Assembly (NCBI RefSeq): GCF_964213995.1
Contig: NC_135830.1
Location: forward strand, 12,338,001 to 12,402,000
Source of the DNA: Mustelus asterias
Taxonomy: Eukaryota
Direction of reading: 5' to 3'
Length of the DNA: 64,000 nt
The translations under genes and the position numbers were made by a program. The notes beneath the pieces were generated by a model. That model had not been told where the DNA came from. It searched no databases and saw only the letters and a program-made list of their open reading frames with translations. Below are positions 1 to 13,134 of the stretch, piece by piece; the stretch's first letter is position 1; every line of letters begins with the position of its first letter.

Positions 1-1180
1 CACTATTACCTCTGACATTTCTTTCAATACCCTGGGATGCATTCCATCCGGACCCGGGGACTTATCCACCTTCAGTCCCATTAGTCTACCCAGCACTGCC
101 TCTCTGGTAACATTAATGGTATTAAGTATTTCTCCTGCTGCCAACCCTCTATCGTTAATATTTGGCAAACTATTTGTGTCCTCCACCGTGAAGACCGACA
201 CAAAAAACTTATTTAAAGACTCAGCCATATCCTCATTTCCCACTATTAACTCCCCCCTCTCGTCCTCCAAGGGTCCAACATTCACTCTAGCCACTCTATT
301 CCTTTTTATATATTTATAAAAACTTTTACTATCATTTTTTATATTAATTGCTAGCCTAGCTTCATAGTCTATCCTTCCTTTCTTGATCGCTTTCTTATTT
401 GGCTCATGTACCTCTATACCCATCGAACCCGTGTAACTATCTAAATGCTTTTTAAAAGACAAAATTGTACCCGCCTCTACGACTGCCTCTGGCAGCTTGC
501 TCCAGACACTCACCACCCTCTGTGTGCAAAATTGTCCCTCTGGACACTTTTGTATCTCTCCCCTCTCATCTTAAACCTATGCCCTCTAGTTTAAGAATCC
601 CCTACCTTTGGGAAAAGATACTGACTATCTAGCTGATCTATGGCGCTCATTATTTTATAGACCTGCATAAGATCTCCCCTCAGCCTCCTACGCTCCAGAG
701 AAAAAAGACCCAGTCTATCCAGCCTCTCCTTATAACTCAGTCCATCACGTCCCGGTAGCATCCTAGTCAATCTTTTCTGCACTCTTTCTAATTTAATAAT
801 GTCCTTTCTATAATAGGGTGACCAGAATTGCAGACAGTATTCCAAGTGTGGCCTTACCAATGTCTTGTACAACTTCAACAAGACATTCCAACTCCTGTAT
901 TCAATGTTCTGACCGATGAAACCAAGCATGCCGAATGCCTTCTTCACCACTCTGCCCACCTGTGACTCCACCTTCAAGGAGCTATGAACATGTACCCCTC
1001 GATCTCTTTGTTCTGTAACTCTCCCAACGCCCTACCATTAACTGAGAAAGTCCTGCCCTGGTTCAATCTACCAAAATGCATCACTTCGCATTTGTCTAAA
1101 TTAAACTCCATCTGCCATTCGTCAGCCCACTGGCCCAATTGATCAAGGTCCCGTTGCAATTGATCAAGATCCCGTTGCGC
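1..1180 (-). mobile_element. CR1-clade LINE fragments (ORF2 RT C-terminal part and upstream region), degraded
   Basis: ORFs 591..977 and 974..1279 give CR1 ORF2 motifs WQMEFNLDKCEVMHFG, LYKTLVRPHLEYC.QFWSP and LGLFSLERRRLRGDL. Confidence 0.9.
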
Positions 1181-2039
1181 CACTGGCCCACATAGATCGC
1201 AATTGCGACAGTGTTTACCTACTGGTTTGACGCTCTGACATCTGGCAAAAGTTTTGTCAAAACGTATTCGTTTACCCATGCAAAAAGTTGCATCATTGTG
1301 ATTTTTAAAATTAATTTAAAGTCGTCACTCATGGCCCTTGAATTGAGTTGCTGTTGGAATTCAAACTCTAGTCTCTGTACCTGCATCCTTTTTCTCGGCA
1401 TTATAAGTCTGTGACAGTAACACTATGCGGCCAGAAAACACTCCCCCCAGTTAATCAACGAACGAATATTAGCTAAATAGAGTATCTTACAAGCATATGA
1501 CATTGGCTCTTACAGATTCCTCAGAATAAATTCAGGAAAAAATAGAAGAGCTGAAAATTCTCTACACGCTGAGCAGGAACATACATACACCTATTTGGAC
1601 TCAGCGCACATTTTATCAATTCATTCAGTGGCTACAAGAACAAGTCAGAGCCTTTGAATTCTCGCGTTGCAGATTCGTCGAGTTGAGTTGGAACCCAATG
1701 TGAGGAGTGAGAACAAACGTCTGTTGTTTCCGATGGTTCTTTGCACATCAGCAAGCTTCGTGTTTCTATTTCCACTGAGTTAATTGGAACCGAGAAATTA
1801 CGAAACACCGCATTTGGTTCTGAAAACGGATGCCTTGCTATTACTGGGGATGTGCTTGAAGCTGATGTTGCGTGTGGGCCCGGGTCCACATGATTTGTGT
1901 TGTTTTGCTGGCTGCAAATTATTAAATTTCCTTGATAATGAGAGTAACAGTGGGGTACAGAGAGTAAAATACCTACTCAAATAGAAGCGGGAATTCCAGG
2001 GAAGGAAATACATATTTAAAAATGTCAGAGCGTGTGATG

Positions 2040-2840
2040 CGAAGTGATGCATTTTGGAACATGAATGCGAAGTGATGCATTTTGGGAGAAATAATGTAGG
2101 GAGGGGTTATACAATAAATGGCAGAGTCATCAAGAGTATAGAAACACAGAGGGACGTGGTGTGCAAGTCCACAAATCCTTGAAGGTGGCAACACAGGTGG
2201 AGAAGGTGGTGAAGAAGGCATATGGTACGCTTGCCTTTATAGGACGGGGTATAGAGTATAAAAGTTGGAGTCTGATGATGCAGCTGTATAGAACGCTGGT
2301 TAGGCCACATTTGGAGTACTGCGTCCAGTTCTGGTCGCCGCACTACCAGAAAGACGAGGAGGCGTTAGAGAGAGTGCAAAGAAGGTTTACCAGAATGTTG
2401 CCTGGCATGGAGGGTCTTAGCTATGAGGAGAGATTGGGTAAACTGGGGTTGTTCTCCCTGGAAAGACGGAGAATGAGGGGAGATCTAATAGAGGTGTATA
2501 AAATTATGAAGGGGACAGATAGGGTGAATGGTGGGAAGCTTTTTCCCAGATCAGAAGTGACGATCACGAGGGGTCACGGGCTCAAGGTGAGAGGGGCGAA
2601 GTATGACTCAGATATTAGAGGGATGTTTTTACACAGAGGGTGGTGGGGGCCTGGAATGCGCTGCCAAGTAGGGTGGTGGAGGCAGGCACGCTGACATCGA
2701 TTAAGACTTACCTGGATAGTCACATGAGCAGCCTGGGAATGGAGGGATACAAACGATTGGTCTTGTTGGACCAAGTAGCGGCACAGGCCTGGAGGGCCGA
2801 AGGGCCTGTTTCCTGTGCTGTACTGTTCTTTGTTCTTTAT
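2040..2840 (+). mobile_element. 5'-truncated CR1 (HER1-like) LINE with 3' UTR and TTGTTCT tail
   Basis: ORF 2161..2694 is the CR1 ORF2 C-terminus. Near-identical to the 27224-27950 copy. Confidence 0.92.
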
Positions 2841-2939
2841 GTGAGAAACTGAGAAACATTTATTCAAAATGCAGCAATAGAACAAATGGGCATGAATTCA
2901 AAATAGTAAAGGTTTACATTTGGGTGAAGGTCGGTTAAA

Positions 2940-3856
2940 GTCTACTATACTCCTCATACACCTATGACTGTATGGCCAAATTCCCCTCCAATTCGATTTT
3001 CAAGTTTGCTGACGACACTACCGTAGTGGATCGGATCTCAAACAATGAGGAGACAGAGTACAGGAATGAGATAGAGGATCTGGTGAACTGGTACGGCAAC
3101 AATAATCTTTCCCTCAATGCCAACAAAACGAAGAAGATTGTTAGCGACTTCAGGAAGCGTAAAGGAGAACATGTCCCTGTCTGCATCAAAGGGGACGAAG
3201 TAGAAAAGGCTGAGAGCTCCACGTTTTTAGGTGTCCAGATCACCAACAACCTGTCCTGGTTCCCCCATGCCGACACTATAGATAAGAAAGCCCATCAACG
3301 CCACTATTTTCTCAGAAGACGAAGAATATTTGGCATGACTCTCACCAACTTTTACAGATGCACCATAGAAAGCATTCTTTCTGGTTGAATCAGAACTTGG
3401 TATGGCTCCTGCTAAGCCCAAGCCCTCAAGGAACTACAAAAGGTCGTGAATGTAGCCCAATCCATCACGCAAACCAGCCTCCCGTCCATTGACTCTGTCT
3501 ACACTTCCCGCTGGCTTAGCAAAGTAGCCAGCGTAACTAAGGGCCCCACGCACCCCGGACATTCTGTCTTCCACCTTCTTCCGTAGAGAAAAAGGTACAG
3601 AAGTCTGAGGTCACGTACCAACCGACTCAAGAACAGCGTCTTCCCTGTTGCTGTAAGAGATGTGAATGGACTTACCTTGCATTAAGTTGATCTTTCTCTA
3701 CACCCGAGCTATGACTGTAACACCACATTCTAAAATCTCTCGTTTCCTTCTCTATGAACGGTATGCTTTGTCTGCATAGCGCGCCAGGGACAATACTTTT
3801 CAGTGTATGTTAATACATGTGACAATCAAATCAAATCAAATCAAATCCAATCAAAT
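2940..3856 (+). mobile_element. Rex1/Babar-type LINE 3' fragment with (AAATC)n tail
   Basis: ORF 2972..3388 KFADDTTVV..ISNNEETEYRNEI...LSLNANKTK; tail caaatcaaatcaaatc at ~3825-3856. Paralogous to 21040-22415 and 52360-53190. Confidence 0.85.
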
Positions 3857-4590
3857 TGTCTACCGCGCAGACAGAATGAAGAAATAGAGGGGAAATGGCA
3901 CAATATGGATACAAAGAACTCGATAAACTGCGGAATTGTCGGGTTTTCTGAAAGAATCGACCAAGATGAACCCCGCAGTTCGTGTGGTTTATCGGTCTTA
4001 GTGACATAATTCAAAAAAGGTTAGGAGTTAATCACGTTGCTGTGTGTCTGGAGTGAGGGCGTATACGGACGGCAGGTTTCCTTCACTCCATATCATCATT
4101 AAGCTAATTGGGAATTTATACCAATTATCTAGTGTCAGGATCACCACTTATTGCACCTTTAATTCCACATGATTATTTGGTTAACTGGATTCAAGTTTCC
4201 TCCTGATGTGATCGGAATCCAAATCATTAAGGTGGATTAATAATCCAGTTCTCGTGGATAACTGCTCTGCAACACATCACTGTGTAATTGAAACCGCTCC
4301 TGGCGTACAGAGGAACACGGTGGTGGTTCTCCCTCTTGTGGCCATGTGAGGTAAATGTTCTGCCTGGGACATCTCTGAATTCTCAGATTACTGAGTATCT
4401 TGTTGCAGGATAATGCTGCTGTGTCTTTTCTTGTTCCGATTATTCTTATTATAATAATATTATGCTTAATTCAGACGGACCTATTCATGGAACTTCAGTT
4501 TGAATCCTTATTATTTTTTCTCCTATTTTGAATGTCCCAGGCTTATCTGTTAAAACATAATCACGTTTCACAATTTGAAGCCATAGCAAT

Positions 4591-5261
4591 TGTTGTAGGT
4601 AAAAAACCTCTGACACTATTAGGAGATCAAAATGCAGGTTTATTTTCACAATTGTGGGAGAAGTGAGGTTCCTAACAGTGGACCCAGGCCTTCTCATCGA
4701 ACACAAGTAAGAACAGAGTTTATATATGTCCCGGGCCCCGCCCCCATTACATTGCAATTCTCTAAGATGTCTGTCATTGTTCATGGTGAGAGTCTTGTTG
4801 TTTTAGCAGTATCTTCCTCTGCGCAGTTTGTCCGATCTCCAAGGCCACGATTGTTCGTCATTTATATCCTTGAAACAACATCACAGGTTTTGCACAAACA
4901 AGTTAACTAATATACATACAAGTTTGTATAATACTTTATATCAGGATAAGATGAATAACGTATGATGAATATATATATGAATCTATGGTGATTCAAAGAC
5001 AAAAGGCATACATGTCAACTCCATCGTGTTAAACAAAGGTACATAAAAATGGAGGTTGTTTAGCTTAACTCGAGCTGGGTTAATCGCATTTCCTGATAAC
5101 AAATGGAGACAGAGGAATAGCTGTTTCTTTTATCTGGCACAGACATGAAAAACACCGAACTCTGACAAAAACATGGACTCTGCAGTGTTCTAAACAAAAT
5201 CACAGAGTTCGGGTCTTAATGCTTAAGTGTGACAAGGGTCATTAACCCATTCCCGACTGCA
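4591..5261 (-). mobile_element. Solo LTR (TG...CA) with 5-bp TSD GCAAT
   Basis: Begins tgttgtaggt and ends gactgca, with gcaat on both sides. The empty site (ccacagcaatactg) is visible in the paralogous block at ~24985-24998. Both ends match element 26659-28077. Strand inferred from tttatt (AATAAA on minus) near the left end. Confidence 0.8.
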
Positions 5262-5873
5262 GCAATACTGATAAGATCCGGACTCTTTATAAAGGCCTGT
5301 ACACACACCGAAAGGGTGTAAATTTGACTCCTGACTCTCAATTATCTGGTAGAATGTCGGATTTCAGTGTAACTGCTTCAATTTTAAACTTTTCTCACGG
5401 TTGCCGTTATTATTTTTTGTCCAACGTATGAGGTGTCCCTAATGGGGTTCGGGGAACTTGTCAAAATGGGTGACTGGAAGAAATTGCATGTTCTACTTTC
5501 TGCACTTTCCTGGAACGTGGTTGAGGGAGAGCGGGGCTCTGAGACACAGAGAGGAGGAGGCAGACACTGGAGGGCAAAAGATTAGAGATTGTCAAACAGA
5601 CACCGAGACGAACAGAGAGCTGGAGACTCAGAAAAACAGACAGGAGGAGACAGAGAAACACTCAGATGCTGTAATTGGGCTACAACTAACATTGTTGGGT
5701 GGCCATTTCCTGAGAACACTGTGAAACCAGCCAATCCTGTTATTGGCAACGCCCCTTAGTTTCCTAACATAGAAAGCCTGCCCGTAATAGAAAACTACTT
5801 CTTCATGCCAGAGTACAAGAGTTGGCATAATTTTAAAATTTTGCTTTTTCTGTACAATTCTAAAACGGCAAAC

Positions 5874-6329
5874 ATTTTCTCCAAACGCTGTTTACTAATA
5901 TTGTTGGCTTTGTTGCCCGCTGAGTCTGTGTTGAATAGTCATTGTCTGTTCCCAGCGTTCATTACCAGAAATTGAATAGATTCTGTAATATGTTGCAGGA
6001 ACGAATGACAAAGATGAGATGTTCCAAGGTCCCCCCGAATTAACGATACAGGAAAGACGGACCATAACACTGGGCTGCAGTTACTCGACGGCTGATGTTC
6101 GAACTCTGCTCTGGTACAACCAGCCTCGCGGGGAAGATCCGACATATTGATTGACGATATATAGCGCAGTGTGAAGATTCTCCGGATAGATTTTCTGCTG
6201 TTTTGCACAAGAAAACATAAAATGGTTCCCTCAAATATCGCCGGAACACTTCTCTCTGACAGCACTGTGTCTTTCTGTGCCATGGAGCCCACACTACTGC
6301 GGAGGTTCAGAGAATCCCGTAGAAAAACC
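5874..6329 (+). pseudogene. TCR alpha/delta-type V segment pseudogene (V1) with degenerate RSS
   Basis: Leader ATG>ATT (5874) and donor GT>CT (5920) relative to paralog V7. V exon from 5999 reads GTNDKDEMFQGPPELTIQERRTITLGCSYSTADVRTLLWYNQPRGEDPTY* (stop 6148), then frameshifts, ending LSDSTVSFCAM. Heptamer cacacta 6290-6296, 24-nt spacer, nonamer agaaaaacc 6321-6329. Confidence 0.85.
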
Positions 6330-6944
6330 CCAGACAGGGAGTTACATTTGGCGATCAGCAGAGGGCGCGCTTTCAGCGTTGAACAGAAACGATTAGCCTG
6401 TAACAGTTCACAGAATCCGACAGTGCAGAAGACACCCTTCGGCCCATTGAGTCTGCGCCGACACATGAAAGGCGCTGACCTGCCCACCTAATCCAACTTG
6501 CCAACAGAATCGAGCCAGCCAGAAGTCGAACTTGGAATAATCTGATCCGTAATCAAATGCATTATCCATTGCGCCACTGGCCTACAGTTACAGGACCATT
6601 GCTAAAATGACACAGCACAACATTCAACAAGAACAGATGAACAGCAACTGAGAAATTGAATGAGGTCTGTTTTAACTTGCATAACCTTTTCGTGTCTGTC
6701 TAAATTAATGAGCTACACTTCCTCTTTCTACAGTCTGTTTCTTGGTCGCATTTACCATAGCCGGTGCATAGTGTCTAATTGGTCAGAATGTGTTGCTGGA
6801 TTAGGCATAGTTTGTAGAAAATAATGCATTTCACAGCGCACCGATTACACTCTCTTAGTTACAGCAGTTTATTTTCCTTTCGATTGAATATTTTCTGACA
6901 AAATTGACAACCCAGTGTTTTCGCCTCAATATAACCAGGCTTTA

Positions 6945-8170
6945 ACATAAGACCATATGAAATAGGATCAGCAGAATTCCGTGCGGCCTCTCGAGTCATT
7001 CAATGGGATCGTGGCTGACCCAACATTCCTCACATTCAGTTTACTGCCCTTTCCCCGCAAGCCTCGATTCACCTACTGAACAAAAATCTATCTATCTCAG
7101 CCTTAAATATACGCAATGACTCTGCCCCCACAGCTCTCTGTGGTAAAGCGTTTCAACGACTCACAACCCTCTGAAAGAAGAAATTGCACCTCATCTCAAT
7201 GTTCCTTTTTTTTTCTGAGACTGCGCCGTCTGGTCTGAGACTCTCCCATGAGGGGAAACACCCTCACAGCATTTAGCCCCCCAAGCCTCTCAATAATCCT
7301 GCATATTTCAATGAGATCACCTCTCATTCTTCTAAATTCGAATGAGTAGAGTCCCATCCTGTTGAACCTTCCCTGATCAGAAATCCCTCTGTATTGGGGA
7401 TCATCCTCGTAAAACTTCTCTGCACTACCGCAATTAAATAATATATGTCCTTAAATAAGGAGACCAAAACTGCTTACGGTACCCCAGATGTGATCTCATC
7501 AGTATCTTGTGCAGTTGCAGCAAGACTTCAGTACTGTTATACTTCAACCCCCTTGAAATAAGGATCAATGTCCCATTTGCCTTCCTGATTATCTGCTGCA
7601 TTTGTGTGATTTTTGATTTTGTATTTTGTGCACAAGTACCTCTCAAGTCCCGTATGTCTCTAATTGCATAATACTCTGTTCTTTTGTTCTCCTTTCCAAA
7701 ATGAACATTTCCACATTTTCCCACATTAAACTGTATTTTCATTTTTTTTTGTCTACTTACTGAACTTATCAATGTCGCAACTTACCTTTCCACCCATGTT
7801 TGTGTTATCTGCAAATTTGGCGACAGTACATTTGCTTCCTCACTCCAATTCGTTAATATATATTGTAACCAGTTATGGTCCCTGGAACCCCACCGGTACA
7901 TGTCGCCAAACTGAAAACACCGTATCCAAAATTGCTGTTTCCTGCCCATTACCCAATTGTCTATCCATGCCAATATACTACTCCCAACACAATGGGCTCT
8001 TATCTTATGACTTGGCCTTTTGTTGGGTGCCTTCTCGAACCCCTTCTGGAAGTCAAAATAGAACACATCTACTGGTTCCCCTCTATCCACTCTGCTTGAG
8101 ACTTCCTCGAAAAAACTCTAAAAAGTTACTCAAACACAATTACTCTTCCCCGTTCATGAAGTCGTGATTT
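6945..8170 (-). mobile_element. Degraded CR1 LINE
   Basis: ORFs 7782..8090 (VDVFYFDFQKGFEK) and 7434..7772 (QFNVGKC...QFWSPYL), followed by a CR1 3' UTR. Confidence 0.85.
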
Positions 8171-9339
8171 TGGGGTCCGTTGCTACCCCATCCCTAACAA
8201 TAGAACTATTCTTCTTATAAGGATATTGACGATTGGGTGTTTCCAATTACTGACGGGCGGATTCACACCTACATATTCTAAAACACCACTGGGGTCACAG
8301 GGAAGGGATTTGAGAGAGTCCTCAGGCATGACAGCCGATTCTTGATTATGAAAAATTGAAGCACTTTCCTCAATCTCAAACTCCCTTTTCCAGAAAGGAC
8401 AGCGATAATGTGGTACTGGAGCACGTGAGTTGTAAGGGTGTTCAGTGGGGGCATTTCCGACAGGTAGTCGTGAAATTAACACATTTCATCTCAATTTCAA
8501 ATCATGACTTTAATCTGAAATTTTAACGCACGACAGTATGATTGTTTCTTGTTTGAACATATATTTGAGATCTGAATCATGGAGATTTTCTCACTCAGCT
8601 ACTGTCCTGAAATGTTCATACAGAAGACGTGGCTGCAATAAACATCGACCACGATATTGTATGGAGTGAAAATGTTTCACTCTGGAACCGAATTGTGCCA
8701 AACAAGCAGCATTCACAGCTTTGGCAAAGGGTTATCTGGATTCGAAACGTCAACTCTTTTCTCTCCTTACAGATGCTGCCAGACATGCTAAGATTTTCCA
8801 GCGTTTTCTCTTTTGGTTTCAGCATTTACTGTTATGGTCTGAAGATAATCGGTGAGAGCAAAAGCAGTAACAGCACCGATGAGATATTAGGACTCTCTCT
8901 AACTCTGAGCGGAGAAAGAAAACTCTGAAGAGTTGAGAACAGAGACTAACAGCCGGAGTTTATGAAGGAAAGCAGACCCGCAACCGTAATTTGGACTGTG
9001 TGACATCCTCCGTGTCGGGATTAGTGGAGAATCGTCAATGGATGAGCAATGAGCAGGTCCACTATCAGCCGCTCTGACACCTGGAGAGGAAACCGCATTA
9101 ACCTTGGATCAAACTGTCACCCAACTGTTTCCAGTAACGGCCCAGAAAACAAACTGCAGAATCCGAACAGACAGACAGATCCATTATTAAATCAGTCTAC
9201 AGGTTAGGTAGAGGGCCTTCCAGTTTCTGATAAGGTGTTAATTCACACAAGGACAGGGCTGAATATTTAGATGAGCTCCGGGAGAGATATTTCTGACCCT
9301 CAGAATAGATCCACTGACGTCACTCAGACTGCAATGTGA

Positions 9340-9885
9340 CATAGAAACATAGAAGCTAGAAGCAGGAGGAGACCATTCGGCCCTTCGAGCCTGCTCCGCC
9401 ATTCATTTTGATCATGGCCGATCATCGAATTGAATACCCTGATCCCGCTCCCTCACATATCCCTTGATACCTTCAGCCGCAACAGCTATGTCTAATTTAT
9501 TCTAGAAATCAGACAACGTTTTGACCTCAACTACATTCGGTGGCAGTGAATTCCACGCGTTCACCATCTGGTGAAGAAATATCTTCTCACCTCAGTTCTA
9601 AAAGATTTACCCCTCATCCTCAAACTATGACTTCTAGTTCTGGACTCTCCCGCCATTGGAAACATTCTTTCTGTATCTGCCCTGTCTAACTCTTTTAGAA
9701 TTTTATAAGTTTCTATGAGATCCCTTCTCACTCTTCTAAACTCCAGTGAATATATTCCTAACCGTCTGTGTCACTCCACAGATGACAGACCTACTATCCC
9801 AGGAATCAGCCTGGTAAACCTTCGCTGCACTCCCTCTATAAGCAAGGACATCAGTCCTCAGATAAGGAAACCAAAACTGCACACA
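9340..9885 (-). mobile_element. CR1 LINE 3' fragment
   Basis: 3' UTR motif ccattcggcccttcgagcctgctccgccattc with a catagaa tail. Similar to 11865-12290. Confidence 0.8.
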
Positions 9886-9907
9886 ATCCGTCACACATAT
9901 CCGCATT

Positions 9908-10010
9908 CCGACGTCATAATACTAGATACTCTGACGTCACAATGTCGGATACTCTGGTCTCACAGTGCCTGGATGTACTGATGTCACACTGCCGGGTGTA
10001 CTGACGTCAC
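9908..10010. promoter_or_regulatory. Tandem ~23-bp repeats each carrying a CRE-like TGACGTCA, upstream of V2
   Basis: Units start at 9908, 9931, 9954, 9978 and 10001. Perfect TGACGTCA in the 9931 and 10001 units. Confidence 0.6.
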
Positions 10011-10223
10011 AGAATGCTCTAACGCATGCGCACCCTCATCCCTCAAATCCCAGCGATGCTGCAGCTCCCTCACTGCTTTACTTTGTGATCACAAGTCCCA
10101 GAGACCCGGCTTTGGCTTTCACAGTGGAACTGGTGCTGGGCTCCGTTTCATATCCAATACCGTTGCTTTCCCAGGAACTCTTTCGGCTTGAGATCTATTT
10201 TACACAATTCGACGTGATCCAAC

Positions 10224-10756
10224 ATGAAGTTGAGCTTCAATTTAGTGATCATTTCCCTGGATTTCATACTCTTCCCTCAGTGTAAGTGTGGTCACTGTTT
10301 CTGACAGGAATATTTCACACACCAGATATATTGTGTTAAATTATACTCTGCTTTACTGTATTGTTTTCATTGTGTATACAATGGTACTTTATTGTGATAC
10401 ATTATAATGCGCTATTTTATTGCTGCATATGCACATTAACTTCCCAGGTGCTGCTGGCGGTGAAGAGGTATCGCAGTCTCCGGAGTTCGTGGTGGTTACC
10501 GAGGGAGCCACTGCAACATTCACATGTTCCACAACAGTTCCACAGATCCTATACTGATACAGACAATACGAGGACAGAATCGTGCAGCACCTGGTGAGCG
10601 TTACCAGGGATCCGGACAGGATCACGGCTCGGTACATTTTCTAAGAGAAACGCAGCACTCTGAAAGTTAGCGATACTCGAGTGACAGGTGCTGCCACCTA
10701 CATCTGTGCAGTGCAGGCACAGTGTTGTAAAGATCAATACGAGTCGTACAAACACC
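10224..10756 (+). pseudogene. TCR alpha/delta-type V segment pseudogene (V2) with 23-RSS
   Basis: Leader MKLSFNLVIISLDFILFPQ 10224-10281 with gtaagt donor. V exon from 10448 reads EEVSQSPEFVVVTEGATATFTCSTTVPQILY*YRQ...IF*EKRSTLKVSDTRVTGAATYICAVQ. RSS: cacagtg 10718-10724, 23 nt, acaaacacc 10748-10756. Confidence 0.92.
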
Positions 10757-11401
10757 TGCAGAGGAGCAGTCCTACTGGTTGTAGCCTGTGCTTCATCAGA
10801 AAGCTGGACATTTTATAAAACTCTCCCTGGAAAACCTCTCCCAATCTCCCAGTAAGTGAAATACACTCCTAATCTGTGTTCCTTTCTAATATCAGTCGAA
10901 AAGGAAGAAGCACTTTGAGATGTGCGTTATTGCTTGTCAAAATCCACACCAGACGCCGTGTGCTGTCCAAGGTCCTTTGTGATAATCGCTGTGCTGTTCG
11001 GTGCTTTTTAAACGTTAATTGTTCATTCCATGGGTTAAATTTAAGTCCAGATTTTTCCACATTCTGGACTTTGTCACAGAATCCAGTGAGGCAGACTCAC
11101 TGTCCTTGGATCTCTTCGAGTCTGGAAGAACATCCCACAATGATCTGTTAAACTTACTGCATATCCCTTGGCTCTCGCTACGTCGGTCGGCAGATACGAA
11201 TTTGGGTATTTTCCGAGATATTTGCTGACATGATATACGTCGGGGTATGGTGATAAGCCTGAAGATTTCCCAGACTGGCTCTATGTTGATTTCAACAAGG
11301 GTTTGAACAGCAATGCAAGTGATTGGTATAAAAACCTATCTTTGTAAACCTGGAAACAAGCTCAGCTAAAGACATCAAAGACACAGGACAGAGAGCGCTG
11401 A

Positions 11402-12390
11402 GGTTTTTGTGCAGGGTTTTAGCTGTAATCTAACGCTGTGCCTCACAGCACAGCAATAGACCGCTCGGTCCTCTCCACTGAGGCCGCTTATAACTAGACT
11501 TTGTAGACTCGTCAGCAGCCGCCAGATATCGCCCTGAGATCGCATCTTTCTTCAGTGCTACTACATTACTAATTATCCATCTTGGAGGCTCTGCCGGTTT
11601 CTGTCGATACCACTGCATGGTGTCTATAGCCTGGTCTGTATATTTGCAATCCAGCTTCGCCGAACCCCCTTCCGACAGAGTTACCGACACGGGGACTGAT
11701 TTACCGCACATAGCCCGCCTGTTAAAGTAAATGAAAAATAAGATCGCGATGAAAGAGGATCGATCTATCTGTATAAGTGTGCGCGAATTTCCATTTTCCA
11801 ACCTGCCCCTCTAAATATATACCTGATCTTTATCCATTTTAAATCGAAACAGAAAAACGTTGAAACGAGAAGCAGGAGTAGGCCAGTCGGCCCTTCGAGC
11901 CTGCTCCGCCATTCATTTTGGTCATTACTGATTATTGAGTTCAATATCCTGGTTCCCCATTCCCCAATATCTCTTAATTCCTTTAGCTCCAAGAGCTATA
12001 TCTAATTTCTTCTTGAAATCAGACAACATTTTGGCCTCAGCTACATTCTGTGGTAGTGAATTCCACACATTCTCCACGCTCTGTGTGGAAAGATTTCTCC
12101 TCACCTTTGTTCAAAATGGTTTACCCCTTATCTTCAAATTATGACGGCTAGTTTTGGACTCCCCCATCATTGGGGGCATTCTTTCTGAATCTATCCTGTC
12201 TAACCCTGTTAGAATTTTATGAGATTCTATGAGATCCCCTTCACTCTTCTAAACTCCAGTGAATATAACCCTGACCGATTTAGTCTCCAAAAATCATAGC
12301 ACAATCTATTTTATCAATCTGCTAAACTGTTTGAACGAACATAATTCATCACTTACTGTCCCAGAGCATCACCAGTATGATCAGAAACAT
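11402..12390 (-). pseudogene. TCR alpha/delta-type V segment pseudogene (V3) with 23-RSS
   Basis: Leader MFLIILVMLWD 12390-12357 with gtaagt. V exon from 11718 reads AVNQSP/SVTLSEGGSAKLDCKYTDQAIDTMQWYRQKPAEPPRWII.../AVYCCAVR with two frameshifts. RSS: cacagcg (11440-11434), 23 nt, acaaaaacc (11410-11402). Confidence 0.92.
11865..12290 (-). mobile_element. CR1 3' fragment inside the V3 leader intron
   Basis: Same 3' UTR motifs as 9340-9885. Confidence 0.8.
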
Positions 12391-13134
12391 GTCTGACCGA
12401 ATCTCTGTCAGTGAATGGGAATGGAATGAGTCAGGGATTGAGAAGGAGCGAGGGGAATCGGGTTCTGTTCAGCACATTGTTCCACATACTCACAGCAGGG
12501 GGCAGGGCCATTGCGACCTCACTCAGGAAACCATCCATATTGGCTTTGCCGTTGGACCCAGGTGACTTTCAAATTAGCATGCTTGGATTTGGAGCCCTCT
12601 GCTTAGAATGGGGGTCACTGACAGGATTTCGGGTTTGTTAATTTACATCCGAAAACACGAATATCAAGTACCTTCTTCAAGGAGGTCTACATTGAAATTG
12701 ATCAGACTGAATTATATTGCTCGCTGATGTTCAGGCAATATTTAACGTTTATAAATCATATTTAGAAACCATGGAATCATCGTTCAGTGAGACTGTCCAG
12801 ATATTGGAGAAAGTAAACTGGAATAGTTCCACGGTGGACGGCATTCAATGATCAGATGATTATGTGAAAATGAAATTGCTCTTCTTTTATCAAATAATGA
12901 AATTAGTTTCTTAATTTTAGTGCTCAGAATATTTTAAAATTTGATGCAATAGATCACGCAAAACTGTTTCAAACGGTCGATCATTCGATAATCCAAGTGT
13001 GCCAGTTTAAGAGAAGGAAAAGCATAGAATGATCGTATTCATTGCTGCCCTGTCAGTTGTTCAAAGTTGGAAACACATTGCCTAAAATGGTGGCAGAATA
13101 TTAAACACAAATGTTTAGAAGGAAATTATATGTA

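Noticed and set aside
5939-6487. 182-aa ORF and its 190-aa homolog at 23740..24312 looking like a conserved gene pair
   Set aside because: Antisense frames of the paralogous V1 and V7 segments.
8170-8930. Hydrophobic minus-strand stretch (SSVLLLLLLSP) and 99-aa ORF suggesting another leader/V
   Set aside because: No splice donor, Ig-fold Cys/Trp pattern or RSS could be found.
9908-10010. Regularly spaced repeats here and at 25335-25610 resembling a CRISPR array
   Set aside because: Vertebrate DNA, no unique spacers and no cas genes; these are degenerate tandem repeats.
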